A DNA stretch of 33,189 nucleotides, taken from the IMG/VR virus record IMGVR_UViG_3300045988_086940; one strand, given 5' to 3'. This document shows, piece after piece, positions 22,435 through 31,649 of the stretch (the first letter of the stretch is position 1; each line of letters begins with the position of its first letter). The position numbers were made by a program, and so were the translations under genes. The notes under the pieces were generated by a model. It saw only the letters and a list, made by a program, of their open reading frames with translations. It made no database searches and had not been told where the DNA came from. Source of the stretch: a virus.

Positions 22435-24387
22435 ATGGCAACGGAACTTGCAAAGGCATATGTGCAGATCATACCTTCCGCACAAGGCATCAGTGGAAAA
22501 ATACAACAGGCGATAGAACCGGAGGCAGAAGTGGCCGGAACCTCTTTTGGCGGAAAACTTGTCAGTACAATCAAAAATGTGATTGCGACTGCAGCTATCG
22601 GTAAAGCGCTTGTATCGACAATCAATGAGGGTGCGGCAATCGAACAGAGCATGGGCGGAATTGAAACGTTGTTTAAGGAATCAGCGGAAAAGATGCATCA
22701 AAACGCTATCAATGCGTATAAAACAGCAGGATTATCTGCAAATGCCTATATGGAGCAGTCGACCTCGTTTGCGGCATCTCTGTTAAGCTCGCTTGGAAAT
22801 AATACGTCAAAAGCCGCTGATATAGCTGATATGGCAATGACGGACATGTCAGACAACGTAAATAAAATGGGAACCAACATGGAAGACATCACAAATGCGT
22901 ATCAGGGATTCGCAAAGCAGAATTATACGATGCTGGACAACCTAAAGCTCGGCTATGGCGGAACAAAAGGGGAGATGCAAAGGCTCCTTGATAAAGCGCA
23001 GGAACTCAGTGGAGTAGAATACAACATCGATAATCTGGCAGACGTCTACAGTGCGATTCATGTGATCCAGGGAGAGCTTGGAATTACAGGAACGACAGCT
23101 ATAGAAGCGGAAGGGACAATATCTGGTTCGTTTAATATGATGAAAGCGTCTGCGACTAATTTCTTGGCATCCTTAACTGGTGTAAAAGATGGAAACGGAA
23201 ATGCGATTCTTTCGGTGGAGGATTCCTTAAACGATCTTGTGAATTCTGCGGTTTCTTTTGCGTCAAATGTCATTCCGGCAATAGGCAGCGTAATGACATC
23301 ACTACCGAAAGCTATAGTACAGGCGATGCAAACCTATGGTCCGCAAGCAATAGTGGCAGCGCAAGAAATGCTGGCGAATTTGTTGACATACATACCAAGT
23401 ATGCTGACGAGTTTTACAACGGTTGGCGTTGAGCTGCTTAATCAAATATCGAGCGGACTTACATCTGGAATACCGACATTTTGCGCACAGTTTCTTCCAA
23501 TGCTTGTGACGATTTCGGAAAATTTGAGAGCAAACGCCGGACAACTGATAGATGCCGGACTTAACCTGATTGAAAATCTGGCTCAAGGAATAGCAAATTC
23601 TCTGCCGACATTAATTGCAACCGTACCGCAGATCATCACAAATATTGCCGGAATCATCAATGACAACATGCCGAAAATCCTTTCAACAGGGATAGAAATT
23701 CTCATAACGCTGACAAAAGGAATCATAAATGCAATTCCGACATTGATCGCAAATCTTCCAAAGATATTTACGGCAGCAGAAAGCGTATTGAGTGCGATGA
23801 ACTGGCTTGGAGTTGGAAAGAATCTCATGAATCTCCTTGTTAACGGAGTAAAAGCACTAGTACATTTACCTGGACAAATCATTAAAGGAGCGTTCAACAC
23901 GGCTAAGCAAATGATCACGACAGGCTTTTCGTGGGGAAGCGTTGGGCGCAATATCATACACGGAATTGCAAACGGACTAAGTGCGGCTGGACATATGTTG
24001 TGGGACACTGTAAAAGGAATTCTCGGAAGCTTCAAGGACAATGTACTCAGTTTCTTTGGAATCCACTCTCCGTCACGTTGGGGTGCGTTTGTCGGAAAAA
24101 TGATTGATGCAGGAGTCGCGAATGGATTGATTGATAATACATCGCTTGTATCGAATGCGGCTCTTGAATTACAGAATTCAGTGAAAAAGCCAATCGAAGC
24201 AACAGCAGATCTTACGGTTAGAAGTAATGCTTTAGCAGAAAATGAAAAAAATACACTTGCACAGAAACTGGAACTTTTGATTGAATATTTAAGAAATAAT
24301 GCAAGAACAAAAGATAGTATTGTGATTAATCTCAATGACAGAGAAGTGGCAAGGGCTTTGAAAGAATTGGGGGTTGTATTCGCTTGA
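22435..24387 (+). CDS. Tape measure protein
   Basis: 650 aa, helical and Ala/Ile/Leu-rich, with repeated ...IPTLIA... segments. Canonical position. Confidence 0.9.
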   Translation: MATELAKAYVQIIPSAQGISGKIQQAIEPEAEVAGTSFGGKLVSTIKNVIATAAIGKALVSTINEGAAIEQSMGGIETLFKESAEKMHQNAINAYKTAGLSANAYMEQSTSFAASLLSSLGNNTSKAADIADMAMTDMSDNVNKMGTNMEDITNAYQGFAKQNYTMLDNLKLGYGGTKGEMQRLLDKAQELSGVEYNIDNLADVYSAIHVIQGELGITGTTAIEAEGTISGSFNMMKASATNFLASLTGVKDGNGNAILSVEDSLNDLVNSAVSFASNVIPAIGSVMTSLPKAIVQAMQTYGPQAIVAAQEMLANLLTYIPSMLTSFTTVGVELLNQISSGLTSGIPTFCAQFLPMLVTISENLRANAGQLIDAGLNLIENLAQGIANSLPTLIATVPQIITNIAGIINDNMPKILSTGIEILITLTKGIINAIPTLIANLPKIFTAAESVLSAMNWLGVGKNLMNLLVNGVKALVHLPGQIIKGAFNTAKQMITTGFSWGSVGRNIIHGIANGLSAAGHMLWDTVKGILGSFKDNVLSFFGIHSPSRWGAFVGKMIDAGVANGLIDNTSLVSNAALELQNSVKKPIEATADLTVRSNALAENEKNTLAQKLELLIEYLRNNARTKDSIVINLNDREVARALKELGVVFA

Positions 24388-25238
24388 TAGAAGTCAGATA
24401 TATAAGTTCAAATAAAAAAGAATATAACCTAATTGGAGATAAAATGCGGCCGACAGACGGGAGTTTTCATTCGTATGAGTGGACTCCAGAAGTGATTGAA
24501 CGTAAAGTCGGAGAAACAGTAACAGGATTCACAAAAGCATCAAAGATATATCAGATTACGCTTACCATACGCGGAAAATTAGAAGATAGGAAAGCACTAA
24601 TAGATGACATCACTGATGCATTTGAACATGATGTAATAAACGTATCACCAGGAAGAATATATTTCGGAGATTGGTATATTGACTGCTTCATAAAAGACAA
24701 AACTACGGGAATATCAGGAACATGGAACAACTGGACGGAACTTCAGATAGGAATATATTGCCCATATCCATCATGGATAACCGAATGTAAGCGTTCATTC
24801 CAGAAAATTATTAACGGATCAGGCGAGTCAGAAGAGTTTTTGGATTATGAGCATGATTACGGTTACGATTACACTATGCCATACGGCGGTGATGTGATCT
24901 GGCAGGTTGACCATTATGCGCCATGCGAGTATGAGATGATTATATACGGCCCCTGCGTGGATCCACGCGTTGTGATAAATGGACATATTTATCAAGTATA
25001 CGCGACTCTGGACGAGAATGATTATCTGAAGATCAATAGCCGTGAAAATTCCGTTGTGCAATATCTGGTCAACGGAACGCAGCGAGATCTATATGATTAC
25101 CGGGTAAAGATAACGGGATCACTGTTCGATCCAATCAAGCCGGGGAATGTCCGAGTGGTGTGGTCAGGGGAATTCGGGTTCGATCTAACACTATTCTGCG
25201 AAAGGAGTGAGCCAAGATGGAAGATCCAAGGCAGTTAA
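24384..25238 (+). CDS. Distal tail protein (Dit-like)
   Basis: First gene after the tape measure. 284 aa. Confidence 0.6.
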   Translation: MIEVRYISSNKKEYNLIGDKMRPTDGSFHSYEWTPEVIERKVGETVTGFTKASKIYQITLTIRGKLEDRKALIDDITDAFEHDVINVSPGRIYFGDWYIDCFIKDKTTGISGTWNNWTELQIGIYCPYPSWITECKRSFQKIINGSGESEEFLDYEHDYGYDYTMPYGGDVIWQVDHYAPCEYEMIIYGPCVDPRVVINGHIYQVYATLDENDYLKINSRENSVVQYLVNGTQRDLYDYRVKITGSLFDPIKPGNVRVVWSGEFGFDLTLFCERSEPRWKIQGS

Positions 25239-26224
25239 TTCTTGCAGATCAGAACCTGCGCGACATCAAGCCGGTGATGAATGCGGACATCGACTTTGCT
25301 GTCGGATCGGATGAGAATGACTACGAAATTAAAATCCGGCGCGATCGGTGGGATAAGCGGTATACATACGGAAATATATTCTACATTAAAAATACAGAGT
25401 TCGGAGGGATTATCGGAAGAAAAAAGATAAACACGGAGAAGGACACGATATCACTGTATGGCCGGACATGGCGCGGGAAATTGGATAAGAAGATTATCCG
25501 GCCGCCGGAAGGACAGGATTACCGGAAAGTATCAGGGGAGTTGAATGCAGTGCTGAATACGATTGTTACGGAGCAGTTCAATGACTATTTTGTCGTATCG
25601 CAGAACGACACCGGAGTGAGTGTGACGAATTTCCAGTTCGATCGATACTGTACTTTGTTGACAGGGATCATAAAGATGCTGAAAAGTGTTGGATATAAGT
25701 TACATATCGAATACATTCAGCAGGAACGCGGCCAGCCTGGGTATGTAGAGCTGTCTGCCGTACCGATCGTGGACTACTCAGACGCAAAAGAACTGTCGCA
25801 GGATAGCCGGTTGAACTTCGTGTTCGATGAAATGAAAAACGGAGTTAACCACCTGATCTGCCTGGGAAAAGGGGAACTTCAGGACAGGCAGGTAATTGAC
25901 CTGTATGTCGGCCTAAACGGTAGTATCGGAACCACGCAGTATTATACCGGTATTAAGGAGGTCACCGATACATACAAGGATACATCCTCTGAGAGTGACG
26001 AACTGGAAGAGAAAGGACGGGAAAAACTGCGGGAACTAATGAATAAGACATCGTTTAGCATGGATGTCGAGAGCTTGGGCATAGAGGTAGAGATCGGAGA
26101 TATAGTAGGCGGCCGCGATTATGTAACGGGCATGTATGCGGCCAAGCCAATCGCAAAGAAGATCTATAAAGTAGAGGGTGGAAAAACCTCTCTTGAATAC
26201 GAAATAGAAGGAGATGATAGTTAA
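25217..26224 (+). CDS. Tail-associated / baseplate hub protein (Tal N-terminal-like, Gp37-like)
   Basis: Second gene after the tape measure. 335 aa. Confidence 0.45.
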   Translation: MEDPRQLILADQNLRDIKPVMNADIDFAVGSDENDYEIKIRRDRWDKRYTYGNIFYIKNTEFGGIIGRKKINTEKDTISLYGRTWRGKLDKKIIRPPEGQDYRKVSGELNAVLNTIVTEQFNDYFVVSQNDTGVSVTNFQFDRYCTLLTGIIKMLKSVGYKLHIEYIQQERGQPGYVELSAVPIVDYSDAKELSQDSRLNFVFDEMKNGVNHLICLGKGELQDRQVIDLYVGLNGSIGTTQYYTGIKEVTDTYKDTSSESDELEEKGREKLRELMNKTSFSMDVESLGIEVEIGDIVGGRDYVTGMYAAKPIAKKIYKVEGGKTSLEYEIEGDDS

Positions 26225-27078
26225 TGGAACTGGTAACAGGACGGGCAGGGAGCCCGCACATAACGTCACAGCAGGACCGGCAGAAGCATCAGGGAATCTG
26301 GGGCGATGGAGCATATATCCTTGCGACGGGAAATCAGCTCGAACCGCAGGTGCAGAGCTCAAATAAAATATTGATTAAGGATGGCGCTCTGATGTTTCAG
26401 GGTGCTATTTTTTCGGTCAAAGTCGGGACTACAGATGAAATCACAATCAATAATGGGAATCAAGGCATGCAAAGAAAGGATCTTGTCGTCGCCCGGTATA
26501 CATATGATTCAGCGCAGCAGAAAGAATCCGCAGAATGGATTGTGATTCAAGGAGAACCAGCGGCAAGAAATCCTGTAGCACCGTCAAGTACGAGTGGAGA
26601 TATACAGGAGGGAGATACTACTGTAGACTGCCCGTTTATGATCGTAAATCTGGATGGGATCAATGTCACGGGAGTGGATATTATACCGGAGGTCGCACCG
26701 GACATCCCTACGCTAAATGCGGCTTTGTCCAATATTAGGTTTGAGGTCATCGAATCTACCCGTTATTATGTTAAAAAATACGAAAACGGCTGTTTTGAAG
26801 CATGGGCAAAAACAACTGTTATTGGTACCCATCTGAGTTTTACGCAAATTGGAACATCCGGAATATACTATGCGCGTGTCACAAATATAGGAATCGGAAT
26901 CAGAGCGAAGGAAGTGTACGATATTGAATATACACCTCAAAATAATGGAATAGTCTGGGGAGCGTCACCAAGTATGAATTCCAACATGTCTGCGATAGAC
27001 GGATATGTCGTACAGTATGGAGCCGACAAAACACGCAACACGAATATTCGAGTTCATGTGACCGGCAAATGGAAATAA
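26224..27078 (+). CDS. Tail fibre / receptor-binding protein, currently expressed C-terminal variant
   Basis: Position in the tail tip module. Contains IR-L (26709-26734) in frame, encoding TLNAALSN. Confidence 0.6.
   Translation: MELVTGRAGSPHITSQQDRQKHQGIWGDGAYILATGNQLEPQVQSSNKILIKDGALMFQGAIFSVKVGTTDEITINNGNQGMQRKDLVVARYTYDSAQQKESAEWIVIQGEPAARNPVAPSSTSGDIQEGDTTVDCPFMIVNLDGINVTGVDIIPEVAPDIPTLNAALSNIRFEVIESTRYYVKKYENGCFEAWAKTTVIGTHLSFTQIGTSGIYYARVTNIGIGIRAKEVYDIEYTPQNNGIVWGASPSMNSNMSAIDGYVVQYGADKTRNTNIRVHVTGKWK
26709..26734 (+). repeat. IR-L of the candidate invertible segment (tacgctaaatgcggctttgtccaata)
   Basis: 24/26 match to the reverse complement of 27429-27454. The perfect 16-bp core is 26714-26729. 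Confidence 0.9.
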
Positions 27079-27438
27079 TTACTGCTTGGTGTACCGTACG
27101 GCTACAAATCCAGCATATGTACTCCAGTTACTATGAGTTGTAATTACAACTTGCTGACCATTTGCAATAATCCGTGCTGCAATACTGTTTGCAACATTAT
27201 TAGGGTCTACATACGGTAATGGATATGCGGCCCCTCCCGAGATAACCATACTGTATGTTGGATCTATCCAGAAATAATAGGCGTTGGTGATACCTGTATT
27301 TATAGTTTTGCTGGTATTGTTAGGCAACACACCTATATCGACAAGTCGCATATATACAGGTTTGCCACCAAATGTTTCGCCCGTTAAGATTTTGCCTGCG
27401 CCAATTGACATGTCATATGCATTTATTTTATTCGACAA
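27079..27438 (-). CDS. Promoterless alternative C-terminal cassette for the tail fibre gene (silent in this orientation)
   Basis: No ATG or RBS. The annotated start is the TTG Leu codon inside IR-R, and an in-frame TGA lies 8 codons upstream. Its stop abuts the stop of 26224..27078 (TAATTA). The sequence looks like a fibre tip: GKPVYMRLVDIG...WIDPTY...VAVRYTKQ. Confidence 0.6.
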   Translation of the reverse strand: MSNKINAYDMSIGAGKILTGETFGGKPVYMRLVDIGVLPNNTSKTINTGITNAYYFWIDPTYSMVISGGAAYPLPYVDPNNVANSIAARIIANGQQVVITTHSNWSTYAGFVAVRYTKQ

Positions 27439-27454
27439 AGCCGCATTTAACGTA
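27429..27454 (-). repeat. IR-R of the candidate invertible segment (minus strand reads tacgttaaatgcggctttgtcgaata)
   Basis: Inverted copy of 26709-26734. Also in frame, encoding TLNAALSN. Confidence 0.9.
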
Positions 27455-27482
27455 TAGATTCAAAAAAGAAAGGATGATGAAA

Positions 27483-28169
27483 ATGAAGATTATTTTTAAC
27501 GATGCAACAGAAATCACCGTGCAGCAAGTAGAGTCTCACGGCAATTATCTGTGTGTCCTGACCATTGGGAATACTCCGGAGCAGCTTAAAGTGTTGTTCA
27601 CTGACACGAGCCGCACATCGAAGATAATCGTGAAGGAGCGTGGCCAGACGGTCGCTACATACGAGGGATACACGGCGTTTTACAGGACGGAGATCTATAC
27701 AGGTAAGATCTATGGCGTAGTAATGTACAAGCCGGAGAAAACGCCGGAGGTGCAGTCGTCTATGGTACAGGCGGCAGTCACTGTTGCGCAGATACAGGCA
27801 CAAAGTCTGACGGATGAGCAGGCACTTACCGTGAAAGATATCTATCCTGTATGGGATGGGAATGGTGTGTCATATCAGAAAGACTTCTATTTGACACATA
27901 ACGGAAAACTGTATAAGGTTCTGCAGGCACATACATCACAGTCGGACTGGGTGCCGGATGCGGCACCGTCACTCTTTGCAGAGGTGCTCCCGGGACAGGA
28001 CGGTACTGGGATTGGAGCGTGGGCACAGCCGGGATCTACAAATCCGTATATGGCCGGAGACCGGGTGACACACAACGGCAAAACATATGAATCCTTAGTG
28101 GATAATAATGTATGGGAGCCCGGTGCGCAGGGATCAGAAGCACTGTGGAAGGAAATAGAAACAGAATAA
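27483..28169 (+). CDS. Tail-associated protein with two CBM5/12-like carbohydrate-binding repeats
   Basis: YQKDFYLTHNGKLYKVLQAHTSQSDWVP and YMAGDRVTHNGKTYESLVDNNVWEPG resemble the chitin-binding type-3 repeat. RBS aaagga before ATG 27483. Confidence 0.5.
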   Translation: MKIIFNDATEITVQQVESHGNYLCVLTIGNTPEQLKVLFTDTSRTSKIIVKERGQTVATYEGYTAFYRTEIYTGKIYGVVMYKPEKTPEVQSSMVQAAVTVAQIQAQSLTDEQALTVKDIYPVWDGNGVSYQKDFYLTHNGKLYKVLQAHTSQSDWVPDAAPSLFAEVLPGQDGTGIGAWAQPGSTNPYMAGDRVTHNGKTYESLVDNNVWEPGAQGSEALWKEIETE

Positions 28170-28185
28170 GAAAGGCGGGTAGCAT

Positions 28186-28329
28186 ATGACAGAAATCAAA
28201 GAGGTGAAAGCAGAGAAAACCACAGTGAATGCCGGGGAGCGAATTCATATATCATTTGAATTTTGGTACGATCAGGACTATCCATATGATTACCCGCACG
28301 ACTATCCAATTTCAAGCGAAAGAAAGTGA
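28186..28329 (+). CDS. Small protein (47 aa; below the track cutoff), tentative
   Basis: My own translation is MTEIKEVKAEKTTVNAGERIHISFEFWYDQDYPYDYPHDYPISSERK. Fills the gap before the Ig-like gene. Confidence 0.35.
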   Translation: MTEIKEVKAEKTTVNAGERIHISFEFWYDQDYPYDYPHDYPISSERK

Positions 28330-28340
28330 GGAAGAAACAC

Positions 28341-29249
28341 ATGAGTGATATTGTAAGGGCTTATGCCAAATACAAAGGGCAGCAGTACAATGCATCTTAC
28401 AGCTCCGGGACGCAGAAGTGGAGCGTGGACATCCCGTCCGGATCAGAATCATCTTACAGCCAGTCGAATCATACATACCCGATTGAGCTACATGCATTCG
28501 ACGCGGCGGGCAACGAGACGATCATGTACGCTACGGACGACACATACGGGGATCAACTGAAATTCCGTGTCCTTGAGAAAACGAAGCCGACTGCGACTAT
28601 CAAGTCTCCGACGCAGGGCAGCGTGCTTGGAAGCGCGACGCAGGATATTGTCATGGAGCTTTCCGATGCCGGCGGATCTGGTCTCAACATGGCGTCCGTA
28701 ATCTTCAAGGTCAACGGCGTTCAGGTAACACAGGGACTGTCTTGTAGCGATTCAGGTGGAAAGAAGACCTGCACGTATCATGCAACCAACCTGTCAGACG
28801 GTTCCAACAGTGTCAGCCTGCAGGTGTCCGATAATGACGGCAATGTTTCTGACGTTGCGACAGTATCCTTTGTGATCAGTACATCCGCGCCTACGCTAAA
28901 CATTACGAGTCCTAAAGAAGGACTGCTGACGAACAGCAAAAAGGTTACGGTATCAGGTACGGCAACGGCCGGGTCTGACGCGGTAACTCTCTCTAAGGTA
29001 ACTATTAACGGAGAGGAAGTAGCAGTCGGTGAAGGCGGCGCATTCTCGAAAGAAATTACCCTTAATGAGGGCGCGAATACAATTTCTATTATCGCTGAGG
29101 ACAGTATCGGGAAGACAACAAAGGTTGATAGGCATGTTACAGTCGATACCAAGGCACCGATCATCAGCGATGTCGAGGCAGAAGCGACCACAGTTGACGC
29201 CAACAGCACGATCCACCTGACCTTCAAGGTTGTGGATCCGGCAGAATGA
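28341..29249 (+). CDS. Ig-like domain repeat protein (tail decoration/adhesin)
   Basis: Repeated beta-sandwich-like segments: KPTATIKSPTQGSVL..., APTLNITSPKEGLL..VTVSGTAT.., TISIIAEDSIGKTT. RBS gtgaggaag. Confidence 0.6.
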   Translation: MSDIVRAYAKYKGQQYNASYSSGTQKWSVDIPSGSESSYSQSNHTYPIELHAFDAAGNETIMYATDDTYGDQLKFRVLEKTKPTATIKSPTQGSVLGSATQDIVMELSDAGGSGLNMASVIFKVNGVQVTQGLSCSDSGGKKTCTYHATNLSDGSNSVSLQVSDNDGNVSDVATVSFVISTSAPTLNITSPKEGLLTNSKKVTVSGTATAGSDAVTLSKVTINGEEVAVGEGGAFSKEITLNEGANTISIIAEDSIGKTTKVDRHVTVDTKAPIISDVEAEATTVDANSTIHLTFKVVDPAE

Positions 29250-29250
29250 A

Positions 29251-29622
29251 ATGATCATCAGGGTATGGGGCATAGTGAACTCTATTGAGGTGGAGTTTAC
29301 GCCCATCCCGGACCGTCCGGGGTACTGGGAGGGAACCGCCCCACGAATGCCGGGACTGCAGGAAATCGAGATCTGGGCGGAGAGTAGCACAGGAGCAAGA
29401 GGGCATTTACAATGCGAAGTGATGATCGAATATCATGCCCACACTGAGGCGCAACTGCTCCAGGATTGTACAGAGGCGGATTTGGTCGGACCGAAGCGGG
29501 AAGTCAGATTGCTGTTGCTGCCGTGGGTAGCACGGCTCGTCACTCTCCGGGAAACACAAGTCCTGCAGGAAAACTATAATGCGCGGCTGAAATGCTGCAG
29601 AAAGGCGGTGCGTCATGGATAG
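29251..29622 (+). CDS. Hypothetical tail-module protein (123 aa)
   Basis: ATG lies 2 nt after the upstream stop. N-terminus VEFTPIPDRPGYWEGTAPRMPGLQEIEIWAESSTG. Locally higher GC. Confidence 0.45.
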   Translation: MIIRVWGIVNSIEVEFTPIPDRPGYWEGTAPRMPGLQEIEIWAESSTGARGHLQCEVMIEYHAHTEAQLLQDCTEADLVGPKREVRLLLLPWVARLVTLRETQVLQENYNARLKCCRKAVRHG

Positions 29623-29899
29623 TGCTATATTTGAGCTTGGGGAAAAGAAATATGTATGCATCAGCGTCAGGAGTACATGCGGGAAGCCATTTGATGTGAC
29701 TTCTGCGAAATACATCCTGAAAAACGGAGATGAGAAAGAAGCATCAGGAGAGTGCGAGATCAGCAAGCGAGATAATAAAGAGACAATCCTGTCTGCATTG
29801 ATTCAGCCAATGATCAAGGGAGCGACGTACATATTGGAGTACACATACGAGATACCACCGGAGATTATCAAGCATGTTGTGAGGGTAATGGTGAAATAA
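29615..29899 (+). CDS. Hypothetical protein (94 aa)
   Basis: Overlapping start. Last gene before the terminator. Confidence 0.5.
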   Translation: MDSAIFELGEKKYVCISVRSTCGKPFDVTSAKYILKNGDEKEASGECEISKRDNKETILSALIQPMIKGATYILEYTYEIPPEIIKHVVRVMVK

Positions 29900-29928
29900 G
29901 GCAGGTGATACATATGAGCATCAGAGAC

Positions 29929-29952
29929 AGACCGTGAACCGGTCTTATTTTT
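29929..29952 (+). terminator. Rho-independent terminator
   Basis: agaccg tgaac cggtct followed by tattttt. Confidence 0.7.
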
Positions 29953-29981
29953 ATGCATAAATTATATGGAGGTATAGACCC

Positions 29982-30293
29982 GTGTATATAAGCATAGGGA
30001 CAATTATTACGGCAGGCAGCCTGATTGGTGCGCTGGGAGTGATCGGAGGAGTGCTGATTGCAGCATATAAATTCTTTAAAAAGCCGGAAGAGCTCGAGAA
30101 GAAGATCAAAAAGATCCGAGCAACCCATGAAGAGGACATCTGGAAGATCAACGAAGAACAGTGCCTAATTACCTACGGGCTTCTCGCCTGCCTGAAAGGA
30201 CTCAAGGAAAAGGGTTGCAACGGTCCTGTAACGGAAGCCATAAATAAGATTGAGAAGCACCTGAACAAACAGGCGCATGATATGGAGGAATGA
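29982..30293 (+). CDS. Single-TM membrane protein with a coiled-coil tail (lysis-associated; holin-like or regulator), GTG start
   Basis: TM segment ISIGTIITAGSLIGALGVIGGVLIAAY. RBS ggaggt. First gene of the lysis cassette. Confidence 0.45.
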   Translation: MYISIGTIITAGSLIGALGVIGGVLIAAYKFFKKPEELEKKIKKIRATHEEDIWKINEEQCLITYGLLACLKGLKEKGCNGPVTEAINKIEKHLNKQAHDMEE

Positions 30294-30616
30294 CTATGAA
30301 CATGGAAGTGTTAATGCAGTATATGAGTTACATTTTGACAGGAATCGGAGTACTGGCCTTTTTAGTCAGTGCGATTGTACAGACGATTAAGGAAATGCCA
30401 GAACTGAAGAAAGTACAGACAAATGCTGTGGCACTGATCACATCACTGATTCTGACACCAGCATCAGTAATTGTGTTGTGCACCTATTATAAGATAGTGA
30501 TTGAATGGTATTACATTTTTGCATCATTCATTGCCGCATTTATCGTCTATTTAGTGAGTACTGGTGGTTGGGAGAGAGTGACAGAGATGTGGAATAGAAA
30601 CGCATATAAAAAGTAG
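30290..30616 (+). CDS. Holin (three predicted TM segments)
   Basis: Hydrophobic segments ILTGIGVLAFLVSAIV, ALITSLILTPASVIVL and IFASFIAAFIVYLV. Charged C-terminus. Immediately upstream of the endolysin. Confidence 0.7.
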   Translation: MTMNMEVLMQYMSYILTGIGVLAFLVSAIVQTIKEMPELKKVQTNAVALITSLILTPASVIVLCTYYKIVIEWYYIFASFIAAFIVYLVSTGGWERVTEMWNRNAYKK

Positions 30617-30646
30617 AATTGCACTGGTGCAAGAAAGGAGAGCAAA

Positions 30647-31579
30647 ATGAGTAAGACAGCAGCAGGATTAGTTGCATTTGCAAAAAGCAAACTTGGTACA
30701 CCGTATATTTACGGAGCAAAAGGAACCGTAATGAGTCTGTCGCAGATCCGAGCATTAAGAAAACAGTACGGATCCAACTGTGTATGGACATCTGATGACA
30801 GCAAAGCCGGTAAGGTATGTGTTGACTGTTCCGGTTTGATTAGCTGGTATACAGGTACCATCCGTGGTTCGGGACAGTATAAGAGCACTGCGGTAGAAGT
30901 GCTTCCAATCAGTCAGAGAACCAACGCCCACATTGGATGGGCGGTGTGGATGAAGGGGCATATCGGTATCTATCTTGGAAACGATCAGTACATCGCAGCG
31001 GACGGGTCCGCATATGGTGTGAGAATTGCCAAGTTATCACAGAACAGATTTACACATCTGCTGAAGCTTTGTGATATCGATTATGGACAGGGAACAACAT
31101 CAGGACCTAAAGAGACAATCAAGCCTTCTGGAGGTTATTATAATGCAGGAGTAGATTTCACTTATGCAGTACGTGCCGGCGGAAAGACTTATCCAGCAGT
31201 AACGAACCTGGCAGATTATGCAGGCGTGAGGGGAATCCCGATCACAGACATTGCTATTAAATGTAGTGTCGGAAACATCAAGTACAGAGTACATGTTGCA
31301 GCAAACAAGAAGAAAGGAATCGCAGGCAGATGGCTGCCATATGTATCTGGATACAATTGGAAAGACAGCAACAACGGTTATGCCGGTAATGGTCTTCCGA
31401 TTGATGCAATCGAGATTATCTATACAGCTCCAAACGGCAGCACCCAGAAAGCGCAGTACAGAGTATCACCGGTGAATAGAAATTATTATTCATGGCAGTA
31501 TAACAATGAAACTGGTGGGGGACAGGATGGATATGCTGGTGCATTTGGAGTTCTGATCGATAGATTCCAGTTGTTCTAA
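30647..31579 (+). CDS. Endolysin: N-terminal NlpC/P60 (C40) peptidase plus a C-terminal wall-binding region
   Basis: GTPYIYGAKG, catalytic Cys in VDCSGLISW, His in GHIGIYLG. The C-terminal ~150 aa is a distinct domain. Confidence 0.85.
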   Translation: MSKTAAGLVAFAKSKLGTPYIYGAKGTVMSLSQIRALRKQYGSNCVWTSDDSKAGKVCVDCSGLISWYTGTIRGSGQYKSTAVEVLPISQRTNAHIGWAVWMKGHIGIYLGNDQYIAADGSAYGVRIAKLSQNRFTHLLKLCDIDYGQGTTSGPKETIKPSGGYYNAGVDFTYAVRAGGKTYPAVTNLADYAGVRGIPITDIAIKCSVGNIKYRVHVAANKKKGIAGRWLPYVSGYNWKDSNNGYAGNGLPIDAIEIIYTAPNGSTQKAQYRVSPVNRNYYSWQYNNETGGGQDGYAGAFGVLIDRFQLF

Positions 31580-31595
31580 GCGCTGACAAAAACAC

Positions 31596-31616
31596 CCCAG
31601 AGCATTTGACTCTGGG
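31596..31616. terminator. Hairpin cccagag/ctctggg, probably bidirectional (the T-run is on the minus strand)
   Basis: 7-bp stem. The minus strand continues gtgtttttgtc. Confidence 0.4.
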
Positions 31617-31649
31617 ACGTTAATATTGTACCATTTACGTGGGGCTTTC

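Noticed and set aside
23583-24335. 250-aa ORF on the minus strand inside the tape measure gene
   Set aside because: It lies entirely antisense to a confidently called 650-aa tape measure protein. The predicted product is low-complexity (F/S/I/A-rich). No RBS was checked. It is typical of shadow ORFs opposite Ala/Ile/Leu-rich genes.
26224-27454. Diversity-generating retroelement as the explanation for a duplicated fibre sequence
   Set aside because: No reverse transcriptase ORF exists anywhere in the genome. The shared sequence is only 26 bp, is inverted, and shows no adenine-specific mismatch pattern over a ~100-bp template/variable repeat pair.
28778-29390. Minus-strand ORFs 28778..29227 and 28953..29390
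   Set aside because: These are shadows of the Ig-like repeat gene. The products are Ser/Thr/Val-rich, mirroring the sense strand.
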